Below are positions 1 to 10,204 of a stretch of 64,000 bases of DNA, piece after piece. The DNA is from Okamejei kenojei (Eukaryota). Positions within the stretch are counted from its first letter, which is position 1, and each line of letters starts with the position of its first letter. The stretch spans positions 52,948,001-53,012,000 of the forward strand of contig CM069146.1 in NCBI GenBank assembly GCA_035221665.1, written 5' to 3'. The position numbers and the translations under genes were made by a program. Under the pieces are notes generated by a model, which worked only from the letters and a program-made list of their open reading frames with translations, searched no databases and was not told where the DNA came from.

Positions 1-393
1 CCATATGTGAAAACAGCTCATCATTACAGCTTGTTCGCAAGCAGGAAAAATGTTTCCGATGTTGGGGGAGTCCACCACCAGCGGAATAGGGGTTGGCCAT
101 TTAGGATTGAGATGAGGAAAAACATTGTGACATTTGCATCAGAGTTTTTTCCATTCCTAATGAGTAACTATCTCGCAAGACTAAAACCTGGGCTTTGTAA
201 CTTTGTCACTTTGTCGGTGCCCTATAGGTGGCGACCCTTTGCATACCTTGTGTATGGTGTGCAAAACAAAGAATCTCACTGCGACATGTCACATGTGATA
301 ATAAAGTATAAACCGACCAATCAATCAATTTATTGATCTGAGGTTCTACTCATTTTATGAGGCACAGTCATAGTCATTTTCTGAGGCACAGTT

Positions 394-678
394 TTTTGTT
401 TTTTTTATTACTAGAAACAATTGTACAAGAATAAAACAATCGGCATACAAAATTATACAGTTATTGTACAGCTTCAATTTTAACTTTTTAACTTGAAAAT
501 AAGGGAAAAGAAAATAGAAAGAACAAGAGAGAGAAAAAGTGAGAGGTGCGAAGATAGGACCCCTAGATTACCAAAGTAGTGTAGCCAAAGAGTGAATATA
601 GATGTAAGAGAGGAGACGAAAAAAGAAAAAGAAAGGATTTTTTTAAAAAGGGAAAAAAGTGGAGATATACCTGCCTTA
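394..678 (-). mobile_element. 5'-truncated poly(A) retroelement 3' end (L1/Tx1-like) with 12-bp TSD
   Basis: T-rich tail with TTTATT (AATAAA plus poly-A on minus) at about 393-410; direct repeat TGAGGCACAGTT at 382-393 and 679-690. Confidence 0.55.
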
Positions 679-799
679 TGAGGCACAGTTAAAGGCATTG
701 TGCTTCTTTTGCACATTATAAATATACGTACGTTAATGCGATCTGTGGATTTACGTCAAGGTTTCTTCTTGTCATCTCCTTCTTTCTTTTGTTTTGAAG

Positions 800-832
800 G
801 TGAAAGCAGCCTCCAAGTATGTGGACGTGCCT
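800..832 (+). CDS. CADPS: CADPS (CAPS1) internal coding exon, 33 nt, VKAASKYVDVP
   Basis: Pyrimidine tract ...TCTTTCTTTTGTTTTGAAG| acceptor and |GTAAGT donor at 833. The phase-0 translation VKAASKYVDVP is the peptide that precedes KPGMD in vertebrate CAPS1 as I recall it. Not in the ORF track. Confidence 0.92.
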
Positions 833-1629
833 GTAAGTGTACCTCTTTCAACTATCAAAGTCTGTATCAACTTTTCTGTTGGCATGCAGGTTACATTTCC
901 GAAATAAGATGAAATAAATTTAGATAAAAAATGGTTGAACACAGAAAGTAAAGATGTTTCCACTTGTGAGGGAGTCCAAAACAGGAGGCCATTAATATAT
1001 GAAAGTCAGCAGGAAATCCATGATGCGATACGAGAGAAACAACTTTATTCAGGGAGCTGTTTAAGTAGGAACTGCAGATGCAGATGCTGAAAAAAATCGA
1101 AAGTAGACAAAAAATGTTGGAGAAACTCAGCGGGTGAGGCAGCATCTATGGAGAAAAGTAGGCGACGTTTCGGGTCGAGACCCAAAAAAACTCCTTTTCT
1201 CCATAAATGCTGCCTCACCCCCTGAGTTTATTCATCGAGCTGATGCATTGTGGAATTTGGTTAAGGAATGGTTGAGATGTAGAAACGAGGAACTTAAGAT
1301 GCTGGTTAATGCACAAAAGGACACAAAGTGCTGGAGTAATTCAGCAGGTCAGGCAGCATCCCTGGAGAACATGGGTAGGTGATGTTTTGGGTTGAGATCC
1401 TTCTTCAGACTGATTGCAGGGAGAGAGAAAAAAGCTGGAAAAGGGGACAAGCGGGACAAAGTGTGACAGTTTAGTTGAGTCTTTCAGGGAACGTAATTCT
1501 TTTTAGAATGATGTGTTGGGTCAGGTCCCAATTTAGTACCTGAGCAAACCTCACACTGGTCAACTATAGACCTTAGCTTATCCACTTCCTAATTCTGTTC
1601 CATGGCCTTATATGTTATGAGAAGAAAAA

Positions 1630-2113
1630 AAGTTCAGTGTGTGTATGCACATGCACACATACTCAATAAATAAACAAATATAGTGCAATAATAATAATAA
1701 TCTGTTGTAGTTCAGAGCTTATTTGTTGACGTGTTTAATAGGCTGATGGCTGTGGGGAAAAAGCTGTTCCTGAACCTGGACGTTACAGTTTTCAGGCTCC
1801 TGTACCTTCTTCCCGATGGCAATGGTGAAATGAGTGTGCGGCCAGGATGGTGTGGGTCTTTGATGATGTTGGCTGCCTTTTTGAGGCAGCGACTTCGATA
1901 GGTCCCTTCGATGGTGGGGCGGTCAGAGCCGGTGATGGACTGGGCAGTGGTCACAACTTTTTGCAGTCTTTTCTGCTCCTGGACGTTCAAGTTGCCGAAC
2001 CAGGCCACGATGCAGCCAGTCAGCATGCTCTCTACCGTGCACCTATAGAAGTTCAGGAGAATCCTCTTTGACATACCGAATCTCTGCAGTCTTCTCAGGA
2101 AGTAGAGGCGCTG
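1630..2113 (-). mobile_element. Rex1/Babar-type LINE, 3' ORF fragment and tail
   Basis: ORF 1712..2074 (-) has FYRCTVESMLTGCIVAWFG, IKDPHHPG, LPSGRRYRS and RFRNSFFPTAISLLN, the post-RT C-terminal region typical of this clade. Confidence 0.8.
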
Positions 2114-2496
2114 TTCTTGGGTTTTAAATTACATGCCGAGATTTTGTTCAGTTTTCTCACCATCAGCCCTGAGCTTAAAAGGAAGTGGATTTCTATGAGG
2201 ATTGTCCCTGCAATTTTGCCCGAAGAGGCAATTAAACTGGCTAACTCTAACTTTCCTCTCTCTGGCCAAGGGATATTGGGACAATTTATAACATCCGTCA
2301 TCCACTATTGAATAATGAATATGTTACAAGAAATGGCTTCATTTCCCATTTTAATTTTCAAGATCAATATTATAATCCCTTTGGAATACAGGTCCAAAAA
2401 TCTGAAGTATTGCATCTTAATGTTAAAACTATCCAGTGCACTACAGTATTCAACAGTTCAGGTTTATTATTGCCACGTGTATCGAGTGTTAGAGCG

Positions 2497-2820
2497 GATG
2501 TGGAGAGAGCGGGAGAGTCTAGGACCAGAGGCCATAGCCTCAGAATAAAAGGATGTACCTTTAGGAAGAGAAGAGGAGGAATTTCTTAGCCAGAGGGTGG
2601 TGAATCTGTGGAATACATTGCCACAGACGGCTGGGGAAGCCAAGTCAATGGATATTTTTAAGGCAGAGATGAATAGATTCTTGTTTAGTAAGGATGTCAG
2701 GGGTTACGGGGAGAAAGCAGGAGAATGGGGTTGAGAGGGAAAGATAGATCAGCCACGATTGAATGGCGGAGTAGACTTGATGGGCCGAATGGAACTTAAT
2801 TCTGCTCCTAGAACTTATGA
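2497..2820 (+). mobile_element. CR1 LINE 3' fragment
   Basis: Encodes ESRTRGHSLRIKG...; RVVNLWN-type region; 3' UTR with GGGCCGAATGG and TTATGA tail. Confidence 0.8.
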
Positions 2821-3685
2821 AATTATGTATCGATGTACAATGAAAAGCTTTGTTTTGCATGTATTCCAATCAAATCAGATACTATACATAAATTAATTCA
2901 AGCCAAACCCAAATACAATGGGTAGAGCAAAGGAAAAGATTCTGAGTACAGAATATAATTCATTTATTGCCAATAGCAGTTTATATTTGCTAGCTTTTAG
3001 AACTAGAGTACCCAATGTTTTTTCATCTAAAATAATCTCCTGTTAGCTAATGAGTAGAATAAGAGAATCAAACTGAAGTTTCTTACTGACCTAATTTGGT
3101 CGAGTATTGAATCCTTCTGATTATTTCCAAGTAACTGTTACCATTTTGCTGCAGTGTATTTATAGTTCTATCATGTACGATGAGTGTTATAAATTGCTTC
3201 AATGCCCCTGGGAAAAGGGGAGGAAATGCCAGCCGCTTGCTCTAGGATTTAATTAGCTCCTCTGGCAAAGTAACAGTGGGTGACTAGGACAATCCTCACT
3301 AAAGTTCACTCATCATTCCTTAAAGAAGTATTCTAAAAGGCCATGTGATTATTACCCAGTGGTAAAATCCTGTGCGTTTTCTACTTGATTAATTGGAGCA
3401 GTCAATGGTGTAAATTCAACTTCAATTTTGCGACAGAGTCATAGAGTCATAGGCTCTTCGGCCCAAATTTTCCATGCTAACCAGGATGCCTCATCTGCTT
3501 TAGTTCCACCTGGGCCTCCTTAGGCCTCATGTTCACCTTCCCTATCCTTTGTGATGAAAGTATTTGAGAAAAAAAAATGGAAGGTTTGTTGAACTTTTCA
3601 ACTGATTAAATGTCGGTTTGAAGAAGGGTCTCGACTCTAAATGTCACCTATCCATGTTCTCCAGGGATATTGCCAGACCAGCTGA

Positions 3686-3975
3686 GTTTAGTTTAGTTCT
3701 GTGTAGAGATACAGCGCGGAAACAGGCCCTTCAGCCCACCGTGTCCACGCTGACAAGCGATCCCCACACACTGACACAATATAATTATACCAAGCCAATT
3801 AACCTACAAACTAGTACGCCTTTGGAGCGTGGGAGGAAACCGGAGCTCCCAGAGAAAGCCACGCACGTCACAGGGCGAAGGTACGATCTCTGTACAGACA
3901 GCATCCGTAGTTAAGATCGAACCCGGGTCTCTGGCGCTGTAGGGCAGCAACTCTACCGCTGCGCCACCGTGCCAC
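3686..3975 (-). mobile_element. tRNA-derived V-SINE (HE1-like)
   Basis: Reverse complement shows A box TGGCGCAGCGG, B box GGTTCGATC, V-domain CTCCGGTTTCCTCCCAC, CR1-like tail GGGCCTGTTTCCGCGCTGTATCTCT and (AAACT)n. Inserted into a Penelope-like arm. Confidence 0.85.
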
Positions 3976-5694
3976 ACCCATGCTGGACTTACTCCAGCAT
4001 TTTACATCGCGCCTCTCAAATGTATTAGGGTGCCAATTTAATTCTAGTTTGTGTACAATTGGTGACACAAGTAATCCTGGTCCCCATACTGATTCGGAGC
4101 ATGTACCACTGGAACTACATGGCTTCATGCACTGTTTGCAAGTTTATTGCTGATTGATTTAAAGTCCAAGAGTCTTACAGCACATCCCTTCCCCCCCCCC
4201 CCCCCCCCCCCCCCCCCCATCTGACTCCATTCAGTTCAGTCTAGTTTATTGTCATGTGTACCAAGTTACATTGAAAAGCCTTTGGCAGCAGAAAGACAAT
4301 ACGTGATTTGCAGTCGAGCCTTTACAATGCATAGATACATGATATGGGAATAACATTTAGCACAAGGTAAAACCGGCAAAGTCTGATCAACGACAGTCCG
4401 ATATTCCACCAGCATTTATAAACAAAGAACTGCATCACTGGTTTATACCAAAGATAGACACAAAGTACTGGAGCAAATCAGCAGGTCAGGCTGCATCTCT
4501 GGAGAACAAGGATGGTGACATTTCGGATCGGGACCGATCTGCAGCCTCTTGAATTGTGTCTTTATTTTTGTTTGAGTATCTGTACAGGGTGTGATGGCAC
4601 AGTAATTGCAGCTAGAATAAACACAAAATGCTGGAGTATCACAGCGGGTCAGTCAGCATCTCTGAAGAAGGGTCCTGACCTGAAACATCACCCTTCCTTT
4701 CTCTCTTTATCCCATTAAACCTTTATGATGAAACCATCTGAGAACAAAATTGAAGATTTATTAAACTTTTCAACTGATTAAATATCAGTCTGAAGAATGG
4801 TCTTGACTCGAAACCATACACATCCATGTTCTCCAGAGATGCTGCCTGACCCGCTGAGTTACTCCAGCACTCTGTGTCCACTGCTGAATTCCTCCAGCAG
4901 TTTGTTTACTCTTTTAGATCCCAACATCGGCAGACTTTTGTGTCTCCTTGCTAAAGGCCACTCATTAGCACCCTGCAAACAAAACTGTAGCGTTAACAAA
5001 CCACAATTTCTGGTGACTGACAATCAAATATTCTGAAGAATGGGTACCCTGTGGTCTTAGATCTATCTTATTAGAAAATCCAATTCACAGCAAAGGCATA
5101 CCAGTGTATTCTTCAGATGTAAACAGTAGGCATGCCAATATCAGCACCTTTAAACAGTCTTGTAGTTCAGCCTAATAATGAGCTTAGATGATTACTTTGT
5201 TTTAAAGTAAAATACTGGTGGCGTCGAAGGTGACATTTTCTGCGTAAGGGGGAAAAAAGGTGAGAGCTGATTTTCTCTTCTTGATAAAGGTGTGTGGTCT
5301 GAACTGTTTATTGTCAGAAGCAAAGGAAAATTAATGTTTCGATTTCAGTCATACCAAATAAAAGTGAATTATAAATACAAAGAATCCTATTAACCTTTAG
5401 AGCCGAGCTCTATTCGGTCTGTGTAATGAGGTGTGGGTTGTACGCCATATAATGTGCACGAGTAGCTCAGATTCCCCCCCCCCACCTCCTCCACCCCTCA
5501 CATGCTTACAGCAGCCCTTTCATTTTAATTGGGTTACTGTAGATGTTGTTATTAAACCCAACTCAATATCAGGTATGTCATGGGCAAACTGATAATTAGC
5601 ATTCACCAACAAACACTAACCATAAAAAAAATATTGCATTGTGGAATGTGCACATCTTGAAGATTTAAATCCCTTTTTAGCTTGTTTTGACTGC

Positions 5695-5993
5695 TTAGTT
5701 TAGAGACACAGCATGCAAAAACAGGCCCTTCAGCCCACCGTGCCCACACCGACCATCGACCGCCCGTCCACGCTAGTTCTATGTTATTCCACACTCCCTA
5801 AACACTAGGGGCAATTACGCAGAGGCCAATTATCCTACAAACCCGCACGTCTTTGGGATGTGGGCAGAAACCCACGCAGTCACATGGCGAACGTGCAAAC
5901 TCCACACGGGCAACACGCAAGGTCAGGATCAAACCCGGGCTTTCGGAGAACTCTGTGAGGCAGCGCCTCTACCGGCTGCGCCACTGTGCTGCC
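5695..5993 (-). mobile_element. V-SINE copy
   Basis: Same head, V-domain and tail organisation as 3686-3975. Confidence 0.8.
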
Positions 5994-6259
5994 CTGGTTT
6001 GCTAACAATTTAATTGTTAATGAAATATCACTCAGATCGGATCTTTTATCTGCCCTGCCCAATGGCCTTCCATTGGCAAGTCCAAAGTTTCTATTACCCA
6101 AAATGTGATGCTAATCAGAGTAATTCAGAAGCTAGCATGATCCACACAAGTAATAAACCACTCCTGATGCTTCACTGATTGCTGTTTCACTGATTGCTGT
6201 GGAAAGAGTTCACATTTCAGCTCCACAGTTCTGTGTTTCACACAAGTGCTGTCTGACCT

Positions 6260-6640
6260 TTAGTTTAGTTTAGAGACACAGTGGGGAAATACGCCCTTCG
6301 GCCCACCAAGTCCGCCCCAACCACACTCGCCGATACACTAGTTCTGTCGTACGCGCTAGGGAAGCTGGAGCGCCCAGCGGAAACCCTCGCAGTCACAGGA
6401 AGAACGTGCGAAAACCGTACAGATAGCACCTGAAGTCGGGATCGAACCTGGGTCTCTGACGCTGTAAGGCAGGAAGTCATCAGGTCATAAGTGATAGGAT
6501 TAGTATTAGGCCGTTCGGCCCATCAAGTCTACTCCGCCATTCAATCATGGCTGATCTATCTCTCCCTCCTAACCTCATTCTCCTGCCTTCCCCCCGTAAC
6601 CTCTGACACCTGTAACTCTACCGCTGCGCCACTGTGCCAG
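6260..6640 (-). mobile_element. V-SINE split by a CR1 3'-tail insertion (about 6476-6610)
   Basis: SINE head ...GCTGTAAGGCAG resumes as AACTCTACCGCTGCGCCAC after a CR1 tail block. Confidence 0.75.
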
Positions 6641-6784
6641 CCTGCTGGGTATTTCCAAAACGTTCTATTCCATTTTATTTCCTGAGCTCACTGACATCTC
6701 GCCAAGCCCCTAAAGCCCAGGCAAAAACAAGCCCTTCGTCCCCAATCTCCACACCTCGGAGTTTATCAGGCATGTGAACAAAGT

Positions 6785-7171
6785 GTGTCGGAAGGAACTG
6801 CAGATGCTGGTTTGCACTGAAGATAGACACAAAATGCTGGAGTAAGTCAGCAAAGGTTACTCCAGCATTTTGTGTCTATCTTCAGTGCAAACCAGCATCT
6901 GCTGGAGAGAGAAGAAAACCTTTGCAGGTTACTCCAGCATTTTGTGTCTATCTTCAGTGCAAACCAGCATCTGCTGGAGAGAGAAGGAATGGGTGACGAT
7001 TTGGGTCGAGACCCTTCTTCAGACTCAGGGGAGATGGGGGGGGGGCATAGAGAAACGGAAGGGTAGGGTGTGAAAACACAGAAGTGTCTCAACACGAAGC
7101 GTCACCCATTCCTTCTCTCCAGAGACGCTGCCTGTCCCGCTGAGTTACTCCAGCATTTTGTGTCTATCTTC
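6785..7171. mobile_element. Penelope-like fold-back element with 11-bp TSD and internal 72-bp tandem rearrangement
   Basis: TSD GTGAACAAAGT at 6774-6784 and 7172-7182; arms GACACAAAATGCTGGAGTAA... / ...TTACTCCAGCATTTTGTGTC. Confidence 0.75.
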
Positions 7172-7737
7172 GTGAACAAAGTCATTTGATTATGCTTCAT
7201 TTTCCCTGACTGTTATCGGACTTCTATCTCAGAAAATGGGACACTACCTGCAGGGAAAGGCCAGGATAATTGGCACCTGTGTAAATGTGTTGTGATCTTG
7301 CAAATAAATGGAGAGAGCTGTTCAGACACATCTTCCTGAAGATGCTACACTTCCTACAGCACCGCAAATATTATTAGAAACCTTCTCCAGCTCAGAATAT
7401 CTTGGGAGTTATTATCTTCATTTCAATCAGTGTCTTTAGTATAAAAATCCCGTCACTTGTCCCGAATCGTGAAACACTGGTTCTCAGCTTTCGTGTTGAT
7501 AGAGGCGCAGCCCTGAGGAACAATCTCCTGTAGAACCTCATCCCTGAACAGACAGATTATCCTCTGAAAGTAGTTCACCATAGAAACAATCAGAACCATT
7601 CAAATAGCCGCCTGTGAGATTTCAGGCAGCAAATGCTTAATAATAACGGCCAAGCTGTTTTACTTTGTAAATATGGCTGTCTGGTATAAAATGAAATATG
7701 AAGACTGGACAATAATATGTTCACCAAAAAGGTTTTT

Positions 7738-8020
7738 TGTTTTAGTTTTAGAGATACTGTGTAGAAACAGGTCTTTACGGCCCACCAAGTCGACACCAAC
7801 CAGCTATCCCCGCACATTAACACTATCCAAAACACACTTAGGACAGTTTGCACTTATACCATGCCAATTAAACTCCAAAACCTGTACGTCTTTGGAGTGC
7901 GGGAGAAAACCTTTGCAGGTCATGGGGAGAATGTATAAACTCCATGCAGACTGCATCCGCAGTCAGGATTGAGCCGGGTCTCTGGCACTTAGGCAGTCGC
8001 TCTACCACCAAGGCCACCAA
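7738..8020 (-). mobile_element. V-SINE copy
   Basis: Tail TTTAGTTTTAGAGATAC..., V-domain TTTGGAGTGCGGGAG, head GTCAGGATTGAGCCGGGTCTCTGGCAC. Confidence 0.8.
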
Positions 8021-8705
8021 GCCACCAAAATATTCTATCAGTCGACTGGAATCCAGACACCTGCCAAATATCACCATGGCAACTGGGAATTTAAATTTGG
8101 TTAATTACATTTATCTACAATAGAAAGAGAGCATTGGAAAAATTGTAATTATGAGTCTACCCGTTCGTTATATACATTTCTCTGGTTCACTAGGTCTTGT
8201 AGAGAAGGTATTCTGCTGTCATTACCTGTTCACGCATTTATACGACACCAGAGTATATAACCCTTATAGGGGAGTAATCCATCCCCACATAGCAAGGCAT
8301 ACTGTTGTATCAAATTGCCATGCCAAATAATTGAATTAGACAAATAACCTGACAGACCTAGAAATCAGATCCACATGTGACAAAGGCATACCCAGCAGAG
8401 TACATTTTGTAAAGACGGACTCAGTCATATTTAGAGCAGAGAGGCAGAATTAGGAGGCCATTCCCTCCACAGTTGCTGCCTGACCGGCTGAGTTCCTCCA
8501 GCACTTTGTGTGTTGCTCAGGAGACCTGACCCATTGGCTAGTCAAGCAACAGCTTCATGTGGTATCTCTTAAATAGCATTTGGTTAAATAGCAAAGTTAT
8601 ACAACATGGAAACTGCCCTTCGGCCCAACTTGCCTATGCTGACCAAGTTGCCCCATCTACACGAATCCCAGCAACCTCTAGCGTTCCAGAGAAGTTATTG
8701 CAGTA

Positions 8706-9129
8706 ATGGATCGACTGGGCTTATATTCACTGGAATTTAGGATTAGAGGGGATCTTATAGAAACATATAAAATTCAATCGATTGGACAAGCTAGAAGCTG
8801 GAAAAATATTCCCCATGTTGGGGGAGTTCAGAACCAGGGGTCACAGTTTAAGAATAAGGGGTACGCCATTTAGGACTGAGATGAGGAAAAACTTCTTCAG
8901 CCAGAGAGTTGTGAATCTGTGGAATTCTCTGCCACAGTAGGCAGTGGAGGCCAATTCACTGGATGTATTCAAGAGAGAGTTAGATATAGCTCTTGGGGCT
9001 AACGGAATCAAGGGATTTGAGGAGAGAGCAGGAACAGGGTACTGATTCTGGATGATCGGCCATGATCATATTGAATGGCGGTGCTGGCTCGAAGGGCCGA
9101 ATGGCCTACCTATTTTCTATGTTTCTATG
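8706..9129 (+). mobile_element. CR1 LINE 3' fragment
   Basis: DRLGLYSLEF...RTRGHSLRIRG...RVVNLWNSLP coding remnants; tail GGCTCGAAGGGCCGAATGGCCTAC and (TTTCTATG)n. Confidence 0.85.
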
Positions 9130-9535
9130 GAGAATGTGAACAAGGGCATTGGGAAAATGGAATTTACTAAAATTCTCACTTTATATTAAAAAGGTACAAA
9201 AATAAAGAGAAACAGGCAGGATAGATATATATTTTTGTACAGTAGAGATTAGCTAGTACGTCAAAATATATATTTTTTGTGATTGAGAAATAATTATAGA
9301 TTCTAATTTCTTTGAGGATAAATAGCTGGATGCAATCTTGTGTCAAATTAAGTAATTATTGTGTTAAAGGGCTTTGCTTTTGCAACATGCCAATCCTTAT
9401 TTGCATTTTGTTAAAACTGTGGACTGTTCAGCTGATGTGGGAACACTTAGAATTCATTGAAGAGTTTTGCGATTTTTTTTTTTAAACAAATGCGCGTCAT
9501 CTCATGCGACTTTACATCTCTCGTTTTCCTTTCAG

Positions 9536-9643
9536 AAACCTGGGATGGATTTGGCAGATGCTTACGTGACCTTTGTGCGCCAGAGTCAGGATATCCTGCG
9601 TGACAAGGTCAATGAGGAGATGTATATAGAAAGATTATTTGAT
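9536..9643 (+). CDS. CADPS: CADPS internal coding exon, 108 nt, [36 protein letters not shown]
   Basis: CTCGTTTTCCTTTCAG| acceptor, |GTAAGT donor at 9644; 36 codons recognised as the CAPS C-terminal region (embedded in ORF 9467..9775). Confidence 0.95.
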
Positions 9644-9919
9644 GTAAGTAAATGCCTTCTCCTCCTTGCTGGTCAGGGAGGAGACCACCCAAAATGTGAC
9701 AATACGAAAGAAAGAGGGATAAGTCACATTTTGAGAGAAATTCAATGGCTGTTCAGATCTTTTCTGTTCCTCTGATTCAGGCACCTCTCTGCCTCTCTCT
9801 GTTCTGACTCTTGTACTGTAATCTACTATATATGTTGCATCAACTCCCGGTCTGTCTGCATGTGACTCCTGTCACAGTGCTTTCTCACAAATGGGTTTTG
9901 TTAGCTCAAGTTTATAGGC

Positions 9920-10204
9920 TTTAGATTTTAGAGAAACAGGCCCTTCGGCCCACCGAGTCCGTGCCGACCAGCGATCCCCCATACACTAGCACCATCTATC
10001 CTACACACCAGGGGTAATTTATAATTTTTTTAAATGCCAAAGCCAATTGATCTACAAACCTGTACGTCTTTGGAGTGTGAGAGGAAACCGCAGCACCCTG
10101 AGAAAACCCACGTGATCACAGGGAGATTGTGCAGACAGCGTCCATAGTCAGGAGCGAACCCAGGTTTCTGGCGCTGTAAGGCAGCTGCGCCACCGTGCCG
10201 CCCC
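9920..10204 (-). mobile_element. V-SINE copy
   Basis: Full tail, V-domain and head on the minus strand, ending GCGCCACCGTGCCGCCCC. Confidence 0.8.

Noticed and set aside
6847-7095. CRISPR-like or protein repeat (SSRCWFALKIDTKCWSNL twice)
   Set aside because: Two tandem copies of a rearranged Penelope-like arm in a vertebrate intron; no unique spacers and no cas genes.
9467-9775. ORF of 102 aa as a stand-alone gene
   Set aside because: Only 9536-9643 is CADPS coding; the rest is intron on either side of canonical splice sites.
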